Origin: Tubulanus polymorphus
Taxonomy: Eukaryota > Animalia > Nemertea
DNA: 64,000 bases
Reading direction: 5' to 3'
Assembly (NCBI RefSeq): GCF_964204645.1
Contig: NC_134034.1
Location: forward strand, 9,002,962-9,066,961
Made by a program: the position numbers and the translations under genes. This document shows, one piece after another, positions 63,338-64,000 of the stretch (position 1 is the first letter of the stretch; each line of letters starts with the position of its first letter). The notes under the pieces are model-generated. The model did not search any database and had not been told where the DNA came from. It saw only the letters and a program-made list of their open reading frames with translations.

Positions 63338-64000
63338 TGGGTCTTCGGGTCCAATCGTCCTTAACATGAAGGCGATCATCAACAACTCGGAATCCTTTCG
63401 TTTCCATGGTAGCGCGTCCTCGTTCCAAGGTTGTTCCCGAAACAGGTCGAACTGACTCGGACTCAGATATCCACTCAAAATAAGACATAAGACCGTTATT
63501 CGTGAAAAATTAACGATTGCCATGTTTATTCAGCTCAACAACGGATTAAAAGAACGGGGTGTTGCTCATCACTCAAGATCAAAGCAATCTCCCAATACTC
63601 GTAATAAAATGTATGTACTCTCAAAAATCCCCAGGAACAAGGGACGTTTATAACATTTATAAACTGGTCCTTAGGCATAACGACGGCTCGTAGAACTAAT
63701 CATGTTCCACGGATATAATATTGTACGAAGGCGCGATTAGGCTCACACCCAAGAATGAGAGAGAGAGAGAAAAGGGGGGGGGGTTGAACTATGAGAGTCA
63801 AATAATTAAAAGGCTTGAGTCCGAAGCGGAAATGTCGGTGACGATGAGCAGATCCCAATATCTGAACCCGGCCAAGGACCGACTCGATAATGCCTCCTCT
63901 TGAACTACCACTACAGGGATTCTTCATCTTGGTTGGAATTTGCCTTCACTGGTGGTCCGACGCAGGAACTGATCAGTTCCCTGGTCCGCCATTCTTTCTT
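63338..64000 (-). repeat. 5' LTR continued (runs off window)
   Basis: Matches 5607-6271. Confidence 0.93.

Larger units (their letters stand above)
5420..64000 (-). mobile_element. Gypsy/Ty3 LTR retrotransposon (defective, interrupted by three large insertions; continues beyond window)
   Basis: Two LTR copies, PBS, gag CCHC knuckle, PR-RT-RH-IN domain order and PPT, all colinear on the minus strand once the insertions are removed. Confidence 0.95.

Overview
Animal (probably invertebrate) genomic DNA made almost entirely of nested mobile elements; no host gene is recognisable. The backbone is one minus-strand Gypsy LTR retrotransposon: 2.0-kb 3' LTR at 5420-7420, PPT, tRNA-Leu PBS at 44503-44520, and a 5' LTR starting at 44524 that runs off the window. 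Three large insertions inflate it to >58 kb. (1) Polinton/Maverick copy A, 7618-24169, TSD CATATG, sits in a 3' accessory ORF. (2) A 15.4-kb block, 26070-41519, splits the integrase and holds a decayed RAG1/Transib-related Chapaev-type transposase with an inserted PHD finger plus several MITEs. (3) Polinton copy B, 44717-63337, TSD TGGGTC, sits in the 5' LTR; its empty site is visible in the 3' LTR at 5607-5612. Both Polintons encode PolB with an EndoVII-like insert, minor and major capsid proteins, packaging ATPase, chromodomain integrase, an HNH nuclease and several membrane proteins, with no recognisable adenain protease. Most striking: every Polinton terminus is itself a ~190-207-bp fold-back hairpin with compensatory block substitutions, and its mismatches are G.T wobbles only on the strand whose 3' end is the terminus, suggesting hairpin-dependent (self-primed or cruciform-resolved) replication. 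Other notable signals are an env-position zinc-finger ORF in the Gypsy whose ATG would be created by splicing, a 26-nt GC-rich hairpin inserted in frame in two different viral genes, and poxvirus-like TAAATG gene starts. All alignments were done by eye.
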